NCBI GenBank assembly: GCA_046598395.1
Contig: JBKJIQ010000027.1
Span: 51,533-115,532, forward strand
Direction: 5' to 3'
From: Acidimicrobiia bacterium
Lineage (GTDB): Bacteria > Actinomycetota > Acidimicrobiia > IMCC26256 > JAENVU01
DNA: 64,000 nucleotides
Positions 36,638 through 43,912 of the stretch are shown piece after piece. A program made the position numbers and the translations under genes. How positions within the stretch are numbered: the stretch's first letter is position 1; each line of letters starts with the position of its first letter. The notes below the pieces were generated by a model. The model was not told the origin of the DNA and did no database searches. It was given only the letters and a program-made list of their open reading frames with translations.

Positions 36638-37613
36638 ACCGATGAGTGGAACGCGGGTCGTTTCGGTGGATGAGGGCACGCCGGTGGTCTCCGAGGGCAG
36701 CGTCGTCACCATTGGTGCCTATGACGGCGTCCACCTCGGTCATCGCAAGGTGCTCCAGCTCGTGCGCGACCTCGCCGATGCGCGGGGACTCGATGCCGTG
36801 TGTGTCACGTTCGATCGTCATCCGGCGCAGGTCGTTCGGCCGGAAACCGCGCCGAAGTTGCTCACGAATCTCGATCACAAGTTGGAACTGCTCGTTGGTG
36901 CGGACCTGGTCGACGTGGTGTGTGTCCTCGCGTTCGACGAGGGCCGGAGCAAAGAGACTGCGGAGGAGTTCGTTCACGAAGTGCTCGTCGGGTTGCTCGG
37001 CGTGCAACTCGTGGTCGTCGGCGCTGACTTCCACTTCGGTCATCACCGCGGCGGAAATGTCGCGCTGCTCCAACGGATGGGTGCGGACCTGGGGTTCGAG
37101 GTGATCGGCCTCGGGCTGGTTGCGCCGGAGTCGGATGTGGTGCATGAGCCGTATTCGTCCACGCGGGTGCGGCACCGCCTCGCCGCGGGCGATGTCACCG
37201 GCGCGCAAGAACTCCTCGGTCGTCCCCATGAGGTGCGGGGCACGGTGATGGAAGGCGACCGACGGGGGAGAGAACTCGGTTTCCCGACCGCGAATGTGGC
37301 GCTTCCCGCTGATGTGTGTTTGCCCGCCGATGGCATCTACGCGGGTCGGTTCCGCGGTGCCGATGGGGAGTGGCGACCCGCCGCGATTTCTCTCGGCCGT
37401 CGACCCACGTTCTACGACGCGCAGGAGTACTCACTCCTCGAGGCGTACCTCCTCGACTTCGATGGGGACCTCTACGGTCAGCCGGCGGCGGTTCAGTTCG
37501 TGGAGCGCCTGCGGGGGGAGCAGCGGTTCGAATCCGTGGATGATCTGGTGGCCCAGATGCACCGCGACTGTGACGCGGCGCGCGCCATCCTCGTTACGGC
37601 GTCCGACCGGTGA
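36624..37613 (+). CDS. ribF: Bifunctional riboflavin kinase / FMN adenylyltransferase
   Basis: VVTIGAYDGVHLGHRKVL...GADFHFGHHRGGNV...GFPTANV...RPTF. ATG 36642 is an alternative start. Confidence 0.95.
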   Translation: MRENEPMSGTRVVSVDEGTPVVSEGSVVTIGAYDGVHLGHRKVLQLVRDLADARGLDAVCVTFDRHPAQVVRPETAPKLLTNLDHKLELLVGADLVDVVCVLAFDEGRSKETAEEFVHEVLVGLLGVQLVVVGADFHFGHHRGGNVALLQRMGADLGFEVIGLGLVAPESDVVHEPYSSTRVRHRLAAGDVTGAQELLGRPHEVRGTVMEGDRRGRELGFPTANVALPADVCLPADGIYAGRFRGADGEWRPAAISLGRRPTFYDAQEYSLLEAYLLDFDGDLYGQPAAVQFVERLRGEQRFESVDDLVAQMHRDCDAARAILVTASDR

Positions 37614-38619
37614 ACGCAATCAGCTTGGTCTGATCGTCAGCGTCGTCGGCGACGGTCACCCGCGGTCCGTACTGACCGCTCGCGCGGAGTGCCTCGTCCA
37701 TCGGCAGCATGCCCGCGAGCATTTCGCTCACGATCGCTGGGTCGAGTGACTCGTCGAGGCCCGTCGCGCGGGCGAGATCCCATGTGTGGATCACGATGTC
37801 GCCGAACATGATCATGCCGATCGCGTACTCAACGGTGACGGTGCCGAGATGCTCGTGCGTGATCTCTCGGTTCGCGGTGGCGGGATCGTCGAGGAGCGCC
37901 TGGAGCGAGTCTGCGAGGTGCGTCCACGCGCCGACCGGATCATCGTCGACGGAGGGCACGGCCGACAGGTTGACGCCCACCGAGGCGAGGAACGACGGCA
38001 TCCACTCGACCATGTGACGCACGACGTCGCGCGCGACCCAACCGGCACACGGTGCGGGGTTGTCCCATGCATCGGATGGAACCTCGTCGACGCGGTCGGT
38101 GAACCGTCCCGCCACGCGTCGAAACCGTTCCGCGGGAGAGTCCGAGATGGCGAGTAAATCGTCGAGGCGATTGAAGGTGTCCTGCATCCCGGCTTCCATG
38201 CCGGACTGGAGATGGCCGTCGCGATTCTCGCGGGTGGTGTGGAGCACGACGGTCTGCATGGTGGTGACACCGTCGGCGTGCGTCAGCGTCATCGTGTTCA
38301 CCGCCTCCGCGTCTGGGAAGCCTTCGAACACCTCGGTCGAGACGATGCGGACGAGCGGCTCGATGGTGCGGTAGGTGCCGTGCCATCCGAGCTCGTTGCC
38401 GTCGCCATCCCGTGAGACGTACCGCCAGGCGCCACCGACACGCAGATCGATCTCGCACGACACGAGTGGGCTCCATGTGGGACCCCACCAGCGGAGCACG
38501 TGGCGGGGAGTGGTCATTGCATCCCACGCGATGGCGAGGGGCGCGTCGAACGAACGGGTGATCACGATCTCGCGCTCCGACGGTGTCGTGACCTTCGCGC
38601 TGCCGTATCGGTTTGTCAT
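37594..38619 (-). CDS. SRPBCC (AHSA1-like) domain fused to DinB/mycothiol-maleylpyruvate-isomerase-N-like domain
   Basis: N-terminal EREIVITRSFDAPLAIAWDAMTTPRHVLRWWGP...RVGGAWRY. The C-terminal half resembles TIGR03086-type DinB-like proteins (recognised by eye only). The ATG overlaps the arsR stop (ATGA). Its 3' end overlaps the ribF 3' end by 20 nt. Confidence 0.8.
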   Translation of the reverse strand: MTNRYGSAKVTTPSEREIVITRSFDAPLAIAWDAMTTPRHVLRWWGPTWSPLVSCEIDLRVGGAWRYVSRDGDGNELGWHGTYRTIEPLVRIVSTEVFEGFPDAEAVNTMTLTHADGVTTMQTVVLHTTRENRDGHLQSGMEAGMQDTFNRLDDLLAISDSPAERFRRVAGRFTDRVDEVPSDAWDNPAPCAGWVARDVVRHMVEWMPSFLASVGVNLSAVPSVDDDPVGAWTHLADSLQALLDDPATANREITHEHLGTVTVEYAIGMIMFGDIVIHTWDLARATGLDESLDPAIVSEMLAGMLPMDEALRASGQYGPRVTVADDADDQTKLIAFTGRTP

Positions 38620-38999
38620 GAGGCGTTGCTTTCCTGTTGAAGTTCACCTTGTTGAAGTTCACCTTGTTGAAGTTCGATGAGAAAGTCGTCGAGGCGGTCG
38701 TAGCGTTCGTTCCAGCGCCGTTCGAAGCTCCGGATCCAGTCGTGGATCGGTCGCAGCGCTTGCGCGTTCACCCGGTAGTGGCGGTTGCGACCGACGCGGT
38801 CGCACCGCACCAGGCCCACGTCTCGGAGCACCTTGAGGTGCTTCGAAGCCTGGGGTTGGGTGAAGCCGAGCGCATCGACCAGCTCACCGACCCGCAGCTC
38901 GCCCGCGCCGATCGCTTCGAGGATGGCGCGCCGGTGAACGTCGCCGATTGCGTTGAACACATCGGCTGAGGTTGGGGTCCGGGCCATTGGGGACATCAT
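38616..38999 (-). CDS. ArsR/SmtB-family transcriptional regulator with ELQQG tandem repeat near C-terminus
   Basis: Winged HTH: FNAIGDVHRRAILEAIGAGELRVGELVDALGFTQPQASKHLKVLRDVGLV. Confidence 0.88.
   Translation of the reverse strand: MMSPMARTPTSADVFNAIGDVHRRAILEAIGAGELRVGELVDALGFTQPQASKHLKVLRDVGLVRCDRVGRNRHYRVNAQALRPIHDWIRSFERRWNERYDRLDDFLIELQQGELQQGELQQESNAS
38636..38675. repeat. 15-bp tandem repeat x2.7 (GTTGAAGTTCACCTT) inside the arsR-family gene 3' end
   Basis: Perfect copies at 38636-38650 and 38651-38665, and a partial copy at 38666-38675. On the coding (minus) strand it encodes ELQQG-ELQQG-ELQQ. It lies 17 nt before the arsR/SRPBCC ATGA junction. Confidence 0.95.
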
Positions 39000-39019
39000 A
39001 CATACCTATATCGGAATGT
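39000..39019. promoter_or_regulatory. Imperfect 20-bp palindrome abutting the arsR-family start codon (candidate autoregulatory operator; leaderless-type start)
   Basis: ACATACCTAT|ATCGGAATGT, with 8 of 10 positions symmetric. It begins at the base next to the ATG (38999), so there is no room for a Shine-Dalgarno. Confidence 0.4.
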
Positions 39020-39109
39020 AAAGTCGCCGATTCCGCCGTTCGCTGATACGACGAGTCCGATTCCCGCCCGCCGACCACCTCACGACCACCTGACGGGAAC
39101 CACTTCGTC

Positions 39110-40411
39110 CTACGGCGGGCCGCGGGTGGGGTTGGGGTCGGTGGGTGGTTTGAACTTCCATGTGCCTTCGGGGTCTCGGGTGAGGGTCCAGCCGTGCTCC
39201 AGCATGTGGTGGTGGCGGCGGCAGACGAAGACGAGGTCTTTGAGGTTGGTGGCTCCGCCGTTGGCGTAGGCGATGACGTGGTGGGCGTCGCACCAATGTG
39301 GGGGTCGGGGACAGTCGGGGACGGCACATCCGCCGTGTTGATGGCGGAGTGCTCGTCGTTGGGCGCGGGTGGCAAGGCGAACGCCGCGGCCGAGGTCGAG
39401 GACTTCACTGTCGGCCATGACCACGCGGCGGAGGACGGCTTCGGTGAGCCACGATCGGATCAACGAACACGGAACCGTTCCGTAGCCTTCGACATCGCAG
39501 CGGACCGTGCGCAGGTCCGTGGGCCAGCGGCCGGCCATAGTGTCCTGGTCGATAACGATGTCGATGTTCTTGGGGGCCTCGCCGCGCTCGCCGAACAGCA
39601 GGGCGTAGAGCGCGGCGGCAGTCCGCGCGGCTTTCGTTCGTGGGATTTCGGTGCCGCGGACGGGGTCGGGGAGTCCGTAGTTCTCCAAGCGGTTCTTGAT
39701 CTCGATGCCCATGGCGGGGTTGAACCAGCCGCGGAGTGCGACGCCACCCAACGTGGGTGAGAGGATCAACTCGTTACGCGACGGGTCGTGCGGGTCGTCG
39801 CGGATGCCGACTTCATCGTCAGCCAGGGCGCGCCACCGCGCGGCCGCGACCCGGAACTCTTCGGGAGGCACTGCTACGGCCGCGTCGACCAACACGTCGC
39901 CATGGGAGACGAAAATGTCTTCCCGGTTCTTGATCGCTCGCGCGATCTGCTCCACGTGCGACGCGGTCAGATCGCCGGCGTCGAGTGCTTTTGACATGCG
40001 CTCGGACCGGCGACACACCCGCGCGGCCGATACGAGCCGAGCCGCCGCAATGCGGGTGGTGGGGATCCGGTGAGTGAGCCACGCGGTGCCGCTCAACGAG
40101 CCGTCGGCCGCGTAGTCGCCAAACCCGTCCCATACCGCGACCGCACGAATCAGTTCGGCCTGCACCCGCTCCGTGAGCCCGCCCAACTCCAGGACCCGCT
40201 CCGACCGTGCTGTGGTCGACCACGCTGTCCGGTCTTCGGACCGCAACATTTCGAGACCGGCAGCGATGAGGCCGATTGCTTCATCAGCACCCGGACTCAA
40301 GCCGGCAAATGTCTTGGGATCCGTCGAGTCGAACATACCGTCGTATTGTCCCACGAGGGTGTGACACTCCCAGATACTCCCAGATACTTGCCGATACACT
40401 GCGAAACCCAA
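39110..40411 (-). CDS. DUF222 + HNH endonuclease protein (REP13E12-like family)
   Basis: C-terminal HNH: [46 protein letters not shown]. The N-terminal ~300 aa are DUF222-like. A paralogous 3' end lies at 63910-64000. Confidence 0.88.
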   Translation of the reverse strand: MGFAVYRQVSGSIWECHTLVGQYDGMFDSTDPKTFAGLSPGADEAIGLIAAGLEMLRSEDRTAWSTTARSERVLELGGLTERVQAELIRAVAVWDGFGDYAADGSLSGTAWLTHRIPTTRIAAARLVSAARVCRRSERMSKALDAGDLTASHVEQIARAIKNREDIFVSHGDVLVDAAVAVPPEEFRVAAARWRALADDEVGIRDDPHDPSRNELILSPTLGGVALRGWFNPAMGIEIKNRLENYGLPDPVRGTEIPRTKAARTAAALYALLFGERGEAPKNIDIVIDQDTMAGRWPTDLRTVRCDVEGYGTVPCSLIRSWLTEAVLRRVVMADSEVLDLGRGVRLATRAQRRALRHQHGGCAVPDCPRPPHWCDAHHVIAYANGGATNLKDLVFVCRRHHHMLEHGWTLTRDPEGTWKFKPPTDPNPTRGPP

Positions 40412-40517
40412 CGATTACGGCATGAGGGCTGGAACCCGCCCAAACCCCCAAGCGGACGGTTGCGGCCGGTCCGTGGTAGGTTGCCTGCTTCCGCAATCGA
40501 AGGATTCTTGTTCTCGC

Positions 40518-40775
40518 ATGCCCGATACCACTGCAACGATCGCTGAGCACCGCCTCCACGAGACCGACACCGGCTCGCCGGAGGTGCAGGTTGCGCTCCT
40601 CACGGGACGCATCAACCATCTCACGGAGCACCTGAAGATCCACAAGAAGGATCATCACAGCCGTCGAGGTCTCCTGATGCTCGTCGGTCAACGCCGCCGT
40701 TTGCTGGATTACCTCCGGCGCAACAACGTCGAGCGGTATCGGTCGCTGATCGCGAAACTCGGTCTCCGCCGATAA
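40518..40775 (+). CDS. rpsO: 30S ribosomal protein S15
   Basis: [48 protein letters not shown]. Start set to ATG 40518. Confidence 0.96.
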   Translation: MPDTTATIAEHRLHETDTGSPEVQVALLTGRINHLTEHLKIHKKDHHSRRGLLMLVGQRRRLLDYLRRNNVERYRSLIAKLGLRR

Positions 40776-40783
40776 CACGGAGG

Positions 40784-40812
40784 GAAGGGTCGGCATGTGC
40801 CGTCCCTTCTTC
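40784..40812 (+). terminator. Hairpin after rpsO (partial terminator / possible processing site in the pnp leader)
   Basis: GAAGGGTCGGC-ATGT-GCCGTCCCTTC (11-bp stem with one mismatch) followed by TTCG. It starts 9 nt after the rpsO stop. Confidence 0.45.
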
Positions 40813-40980
40813 GCGTACGGATCCATATCCGCTGCGCGTGAACCAACCGTGAGGTGGGGGTGCTCAGTCGCCACCGCTTGAACGTCGCCCGGCAGCGATG
40901 GGCTCGAGCGTTGACCACTGAGAACCGCCCCTCACCCCAACACCGTCGCGCGAGCGACGGAGAGTGAGAGGAGCGCACCC

Positions 40981-43548
40981 ATGGGTGACGCGATTCGCGT
41001 TTCCGGCCCCATCAATGCGGCCGGACTGACCATGTCCATCGAGACCGGCAAGCTCGCCGCCCTCGCCGACGGTGCTGTGGTGGTGCAGGTCGGTGAGACG
41101 GTGATCTTGTCCACCGTCGCCACGTCCAAGCCCCGCGAGGGTATCGATTTCTTCCCCTTGACCGTCGACGTCGAGGAGCGCATGTACGCCGCGGGCAAGA
41201 TCCCCGGCTCGTTCTTCCGGCGTGAAGGTCGCCCGGGCGAAGAGGCGATCCTGACCTGTCGGCTCACCGACCGCCCACTGCGACCGAGCTTCCCGGAGGG
41301 GTTCCGCAACGAGGTGCAGGTCATCGCGACCATCCTCGGTTCCGACCAGGAGAACCCCCACGATGTGATCTCGATCAACGGCGCGTCGGCCGCGTTGATG
41401 ATCTCGGGGATCCCGTTCAACGGTCCCATCGGTGCGGTTCGCATGGCGCACAAGGACGGCGTGTGGATTGCTCACCCCACCTACGTCGAGGGTGACGAGT
41501 CCACGTTCGAGCTGATCGTCGCCGGTCGGCGCACCGATGCCGGCGAGATCGCCATCATGATGGTGGAGGCCGGTGGTACCGAAGCCAGCTGGGAGCTGTA
41601 TCAACAGGGTGCCCCGAAGGTGACCGAAGAGACGATCGCCGAAGGCATCGAAGCGTCCAAAGAGTGGATCGGCGTCTCGATCGACCTCCAGGACGAGCTT
41701 CGCGCCAAGGTCATCGCGGCCAACGGCCCGATTGAGCCCATCGCGTATGACGTCCATGTCGACTACTCGGATGAGATCTTCGAGGCGGTGGCCGGCGAAG
41801 CCCGCACCACCACAAATGAAGCGATGGCTGTCGCCGACAAGCACGACCGCAACGCCCGCCTCGACGAGATCCAAGCCGCGTTGATCGCAACGCTCGCCGG
41901 CACTGCCGACGCGCCCGGAGCGTTCGTGGGCCGCGGCGGCGAGGTCAAGAAGGCGTTCCGGTCGCTCCAGAAGCAGGTAGTGCGCAAGCGCATCGCGAGC
42001 GAGGGTCGTCGGATCGACGGCCGCGGTACCGCAGACCTTCGTCCGATCTCGGCTGAGATCGGCATCGTCGGCACCGTCCACGGTTCCGCGCTCTTCCAGC
42101 GCGGTGAGACCCAGGTGCTTTCGGTCACCACGCTCGGCATGCTGCGCATGGAGCAGATCGTGGACACGCTCGGTCTCGATGACCGCAAGCGCTACATGCA
42201 TCACTACAACTTCCCGCCGTTCTCCACCGGCGAGACCGGCCGCGTCGGTTCGCCGAAGCGTCGGGAAATCGGCCACGGCGCACTGGCCGCTCGGGCGCTC
42301 GTCCCGGTTGTCCCGACCAAAGAGGAATGGCCCTACGCATTGCGGGTCGTCTCCGACGTGCTCGCGTCGAACGGGTCCACCTCCATGGCGTCCGTGTGTG
42401 GTTCGAGCCTGTCGTTGATGGATGCCGGTGTGCCGTTGAAGGCGGCCGTTGCCGGTATCGCCATGGGCCTCGTCTATGCCGAGGGCACCTACACGACCTT
42501 GACCGACATCCTCGGCGCCGAGGACGCGTTCGGCGACATGGACTTCAAGGTCGCCGGTACTGCCGACTTCGTGACCGCCCTGCAGCTCGACACGAAGATC
42601 GACGGTCTCCCGACCGACGTGCTCGCCGCGGCGTTGCAGCAGGCGAAGGACGCACGGTTGAAGATCCTCGAGGTGATGGAAGGCGCGATCGACGGACCCC
42701 GCGAGGACGTCCGTCCGACCGCACCGAAAATCATCAGTTTCGAGATTCCGATCGACAAGATCGGTGAGGTCATCGGGCCCAAGGGCAAGGTCATCAACAC
42801 CATTCAGCAGGAGACCGGTGCCGACATCGCAGTATCTGACGATGGTGTCGTCGGTACGGTGAGTGTGGGCTCGAAGGACAGCACGAAGGTCGATGAGGCT
42901 CGCCGCCGAATCGAGCTGATCCTCGACCCGCCCACGGCCGACATCGGCGCGGAGTACACCGGCAAGGTCGTGAACATCACCAAGTTTGGTGCGTTCGTGA
43001 ACATCCTGCCGGGCCGTGATGGGCTGCTGCACATCTCCAAGATCGGGCGCGGCAAGCGCATCGACAAGGTTGAGGACGTCTTCAGCCTCGGCGACGAAGT
43101 CCTCGTGCGCGTGGACGACATCGACAACCAGGGAAAGCTCTCCCTCTCGCTCGCGGGTGATGCACCCGAGGGTGGCGACGGTTCTGGTGGTTCGGGTTCT
43201 GGTGGTTCGGGTTCTGGCTCCGGCGACGGCGGCGGCTCCGACGGCGGTGGTTCCGATGGCGGTGGTTCCGATGGCGGCGACTCCGACGGCCGCGATGGTG
43301 GGCGTGGACGCGTTCCGCGCAGCCGGGATCGCGGCGACAGTGACCGCGGTTCGCGAGAGAGTGGTTCTCGGGACAGCGGCGATCGTGGGGATACCCCGAA
43401 GGTTGCATCGTTCGAGGCATCGTGGGACGAGCAGGCCAAGGCCGAGTTCGGTGACCTCGGCCCCGCGGAGGCCGGACGCTCCGATGGTGGCGGCGACCGT
43501 GGTCGCGGTGGTCGTCGGAGCAGCGGTGGCGGGTCGCGTCGCCGCTAA
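40981..43548 (+). CDS. pnp: Polyribonucleotide nucleotidyltransferase (PNPase) with ~130-aa G/S/D/R-rich C-terminal tail
   Basis: Two RNase PH domains plus KH and S1 (YTGKVVNITKFGAFVNILPGRDGLLHISK). The tail begins after KLSLSLAG. Confidence 0.97.
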   Translation: MGDAIRVSGPINAAGLTMSIETGKLAALADGAVVVQVGETVILSTVATSKPREGIDFFPLTVDVEERMYAAGKIPGSFFRREGRPGEEAILTCRLTDRPLRPSFPEGFRNEVQVIATILGSDQENPHDVISINGASAALMISGIPFNGPIGAVRMAHKDGVWIAHPTYVEGDESTFELIVAGRRTDAGEIAIMMVEAGGTEASWELYQQGAPKVTEETIAEGIEASKEWIGVSIDLQDELRAKVIAANGPIEPIAYDVHVDYSDEIFEAVAGEARTTTNEAMAVADKHDRNARLDEIQAALIATLAGTADAPGAFVGRGGEVKKAFRSLQKQVVRKRIASEGRRIDGRGTADLRPISAEIGIVGTVHGSALFQRGETQVLSVTTLGMLRMEQIVDTLGLDDRKRYMHHYNFPPFSTGETGRVGSPKRREIGHGALAARALVPVVPTKEEWPYALRVVSDVLASNGSTSMASVCGSSLSLMDAGVPLKAAVAGIAMGLVYAEGTYTTLTDILGAEDAFGDMDFKVAGTADFVTALQLDTKIDGLPTDVLAAALQQAKDARLKILEVMEGAIDGPREDVRPTAPKIISFEIPIDKIGEVIGPKGKVINTIQQETGADIAVSDDGVVGTVSVGSKDSTKVDEARRRIELILDPPTADIGAEYTGKVVNITKFGAFVNILPGRDGLLHISKIGRGKRIDKVEDVFSLGDEVLVRVDDIDNQGKLSLSLAGDAPEGGDGSGGSGSGGSGSGSGDGGGSDGGGSDGGGSDGGDSDGRDGGRGRVPRSRDRGDSDRGSRESGSRDSGDRGDTPKVASFEASWDEQAKAEFGDLGPAEAGRSDGGGDRGRGGRRSSGGGSRRR
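43180..43299 (+). repeat. 15-bp periodic coding repeats in the pnp tail (GGSGS / DGGGS units)
   Basis: GGTTCTGGTGGTTCG x2 (43180-43209), a variant copy, then GAYGGCGGYGGYTCC-type units to ~43299. Confidence 0.9.
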
Positions 43549-43627
43549 TCCCGGCAGCCGCTCATCCCGGCAGCCGCTCATCCCGGCAGCCTCTCATCCC
43601 GGCAGCCGCTCATCGAAGCAGTCGCTC
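43548..43627. repeat. 16-bp tandem repeat x5 (ATCCCGGCAGCCGCTC) beginning at the last base of the pnp stop codon
   Basis: Units at 43548, 43564, 43580 (one substitution), 43596 and 43612 (degenerate ATCGAAGCAGTCGCTC). The period is not a multiple of 3. Confidence 0.95.
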
Positions 43628-43661
43628 GTTCGGGTCACCGTACGTCCAACAGTACGAACCG

Positions 43662-43706
43662 CTTTGGCGGTGTTCACGGGGTATCACCCGTCGGGCACCG
43701 CCAAAG
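43662..43706 (+). other. Long stem-loop in the pnp-pepR intergenic region
   Basis: Perfect 11-bp stem CTTTGGCGGTG / CACCGCCAAAG enclosing a 23-nt loop that contains its own small CGGG/CCCG helix. Confidence 0.6.
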
Positions 43707-43912
43707 TGCTGTCTGACCCCTACCGTGTCCGATTCGCGTGGTTGTTCGCGCCGGGAGTGATGAAACGTCTCCAGGTGGCCACAGGGGGCGTCGATACGCC
43801 TCTTGTGAATGGCTTGGGTGGATCAACTCGGGGACCTAGTGCTCCCCAAATAACCTTCAAAACTGCCCAAATTGGGCGGTTCGATGAACGCGGAGCGCGC
43901 GAGGCCGGTGAC

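Noticed and set aside
40768-40775. GCCGATAA, the -10 consensus of WhiG/FliA-type promoters, at the rpsO 3' end
   Set aside because: There is no TAAA-like -35 element at the required ~15-nt spacing upstream, so this is probably a chance match inside coding sequence.
40864-43581. 905-aa ORF on the minus strand covering the whole pnp gene
   Set aside because: It lies antisense to an unambiguous PNPase gene. Its translation is low-complexity (R/G/A/T/V-rich) with no recognisable motif. This is a typical shadow ORF caused by a lack of stop codons in high-GC DNA.
43548-43627. Possible CRISPR array (also considered for 55178-55252 and 63876-63920)
   Set aside because: The units are only 14-16 bp and directly adjacent with no spacers. 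No cas genes are present. These are minisatellite-type tandem repeats, not CRISPR.
43016-43912. N-terminal ~300-codon extension of the M16 peptidase ORF given in the ORF track
   Set aside because: It would overlap the last 530 nt of pnp, cross the 16-bp (non-triplet) tandem array and pass through the A/T-rich promoter-like stretch. The M16 homology (ESMPELRSVAVGFWV..HFLEH) begins only after ~43930.
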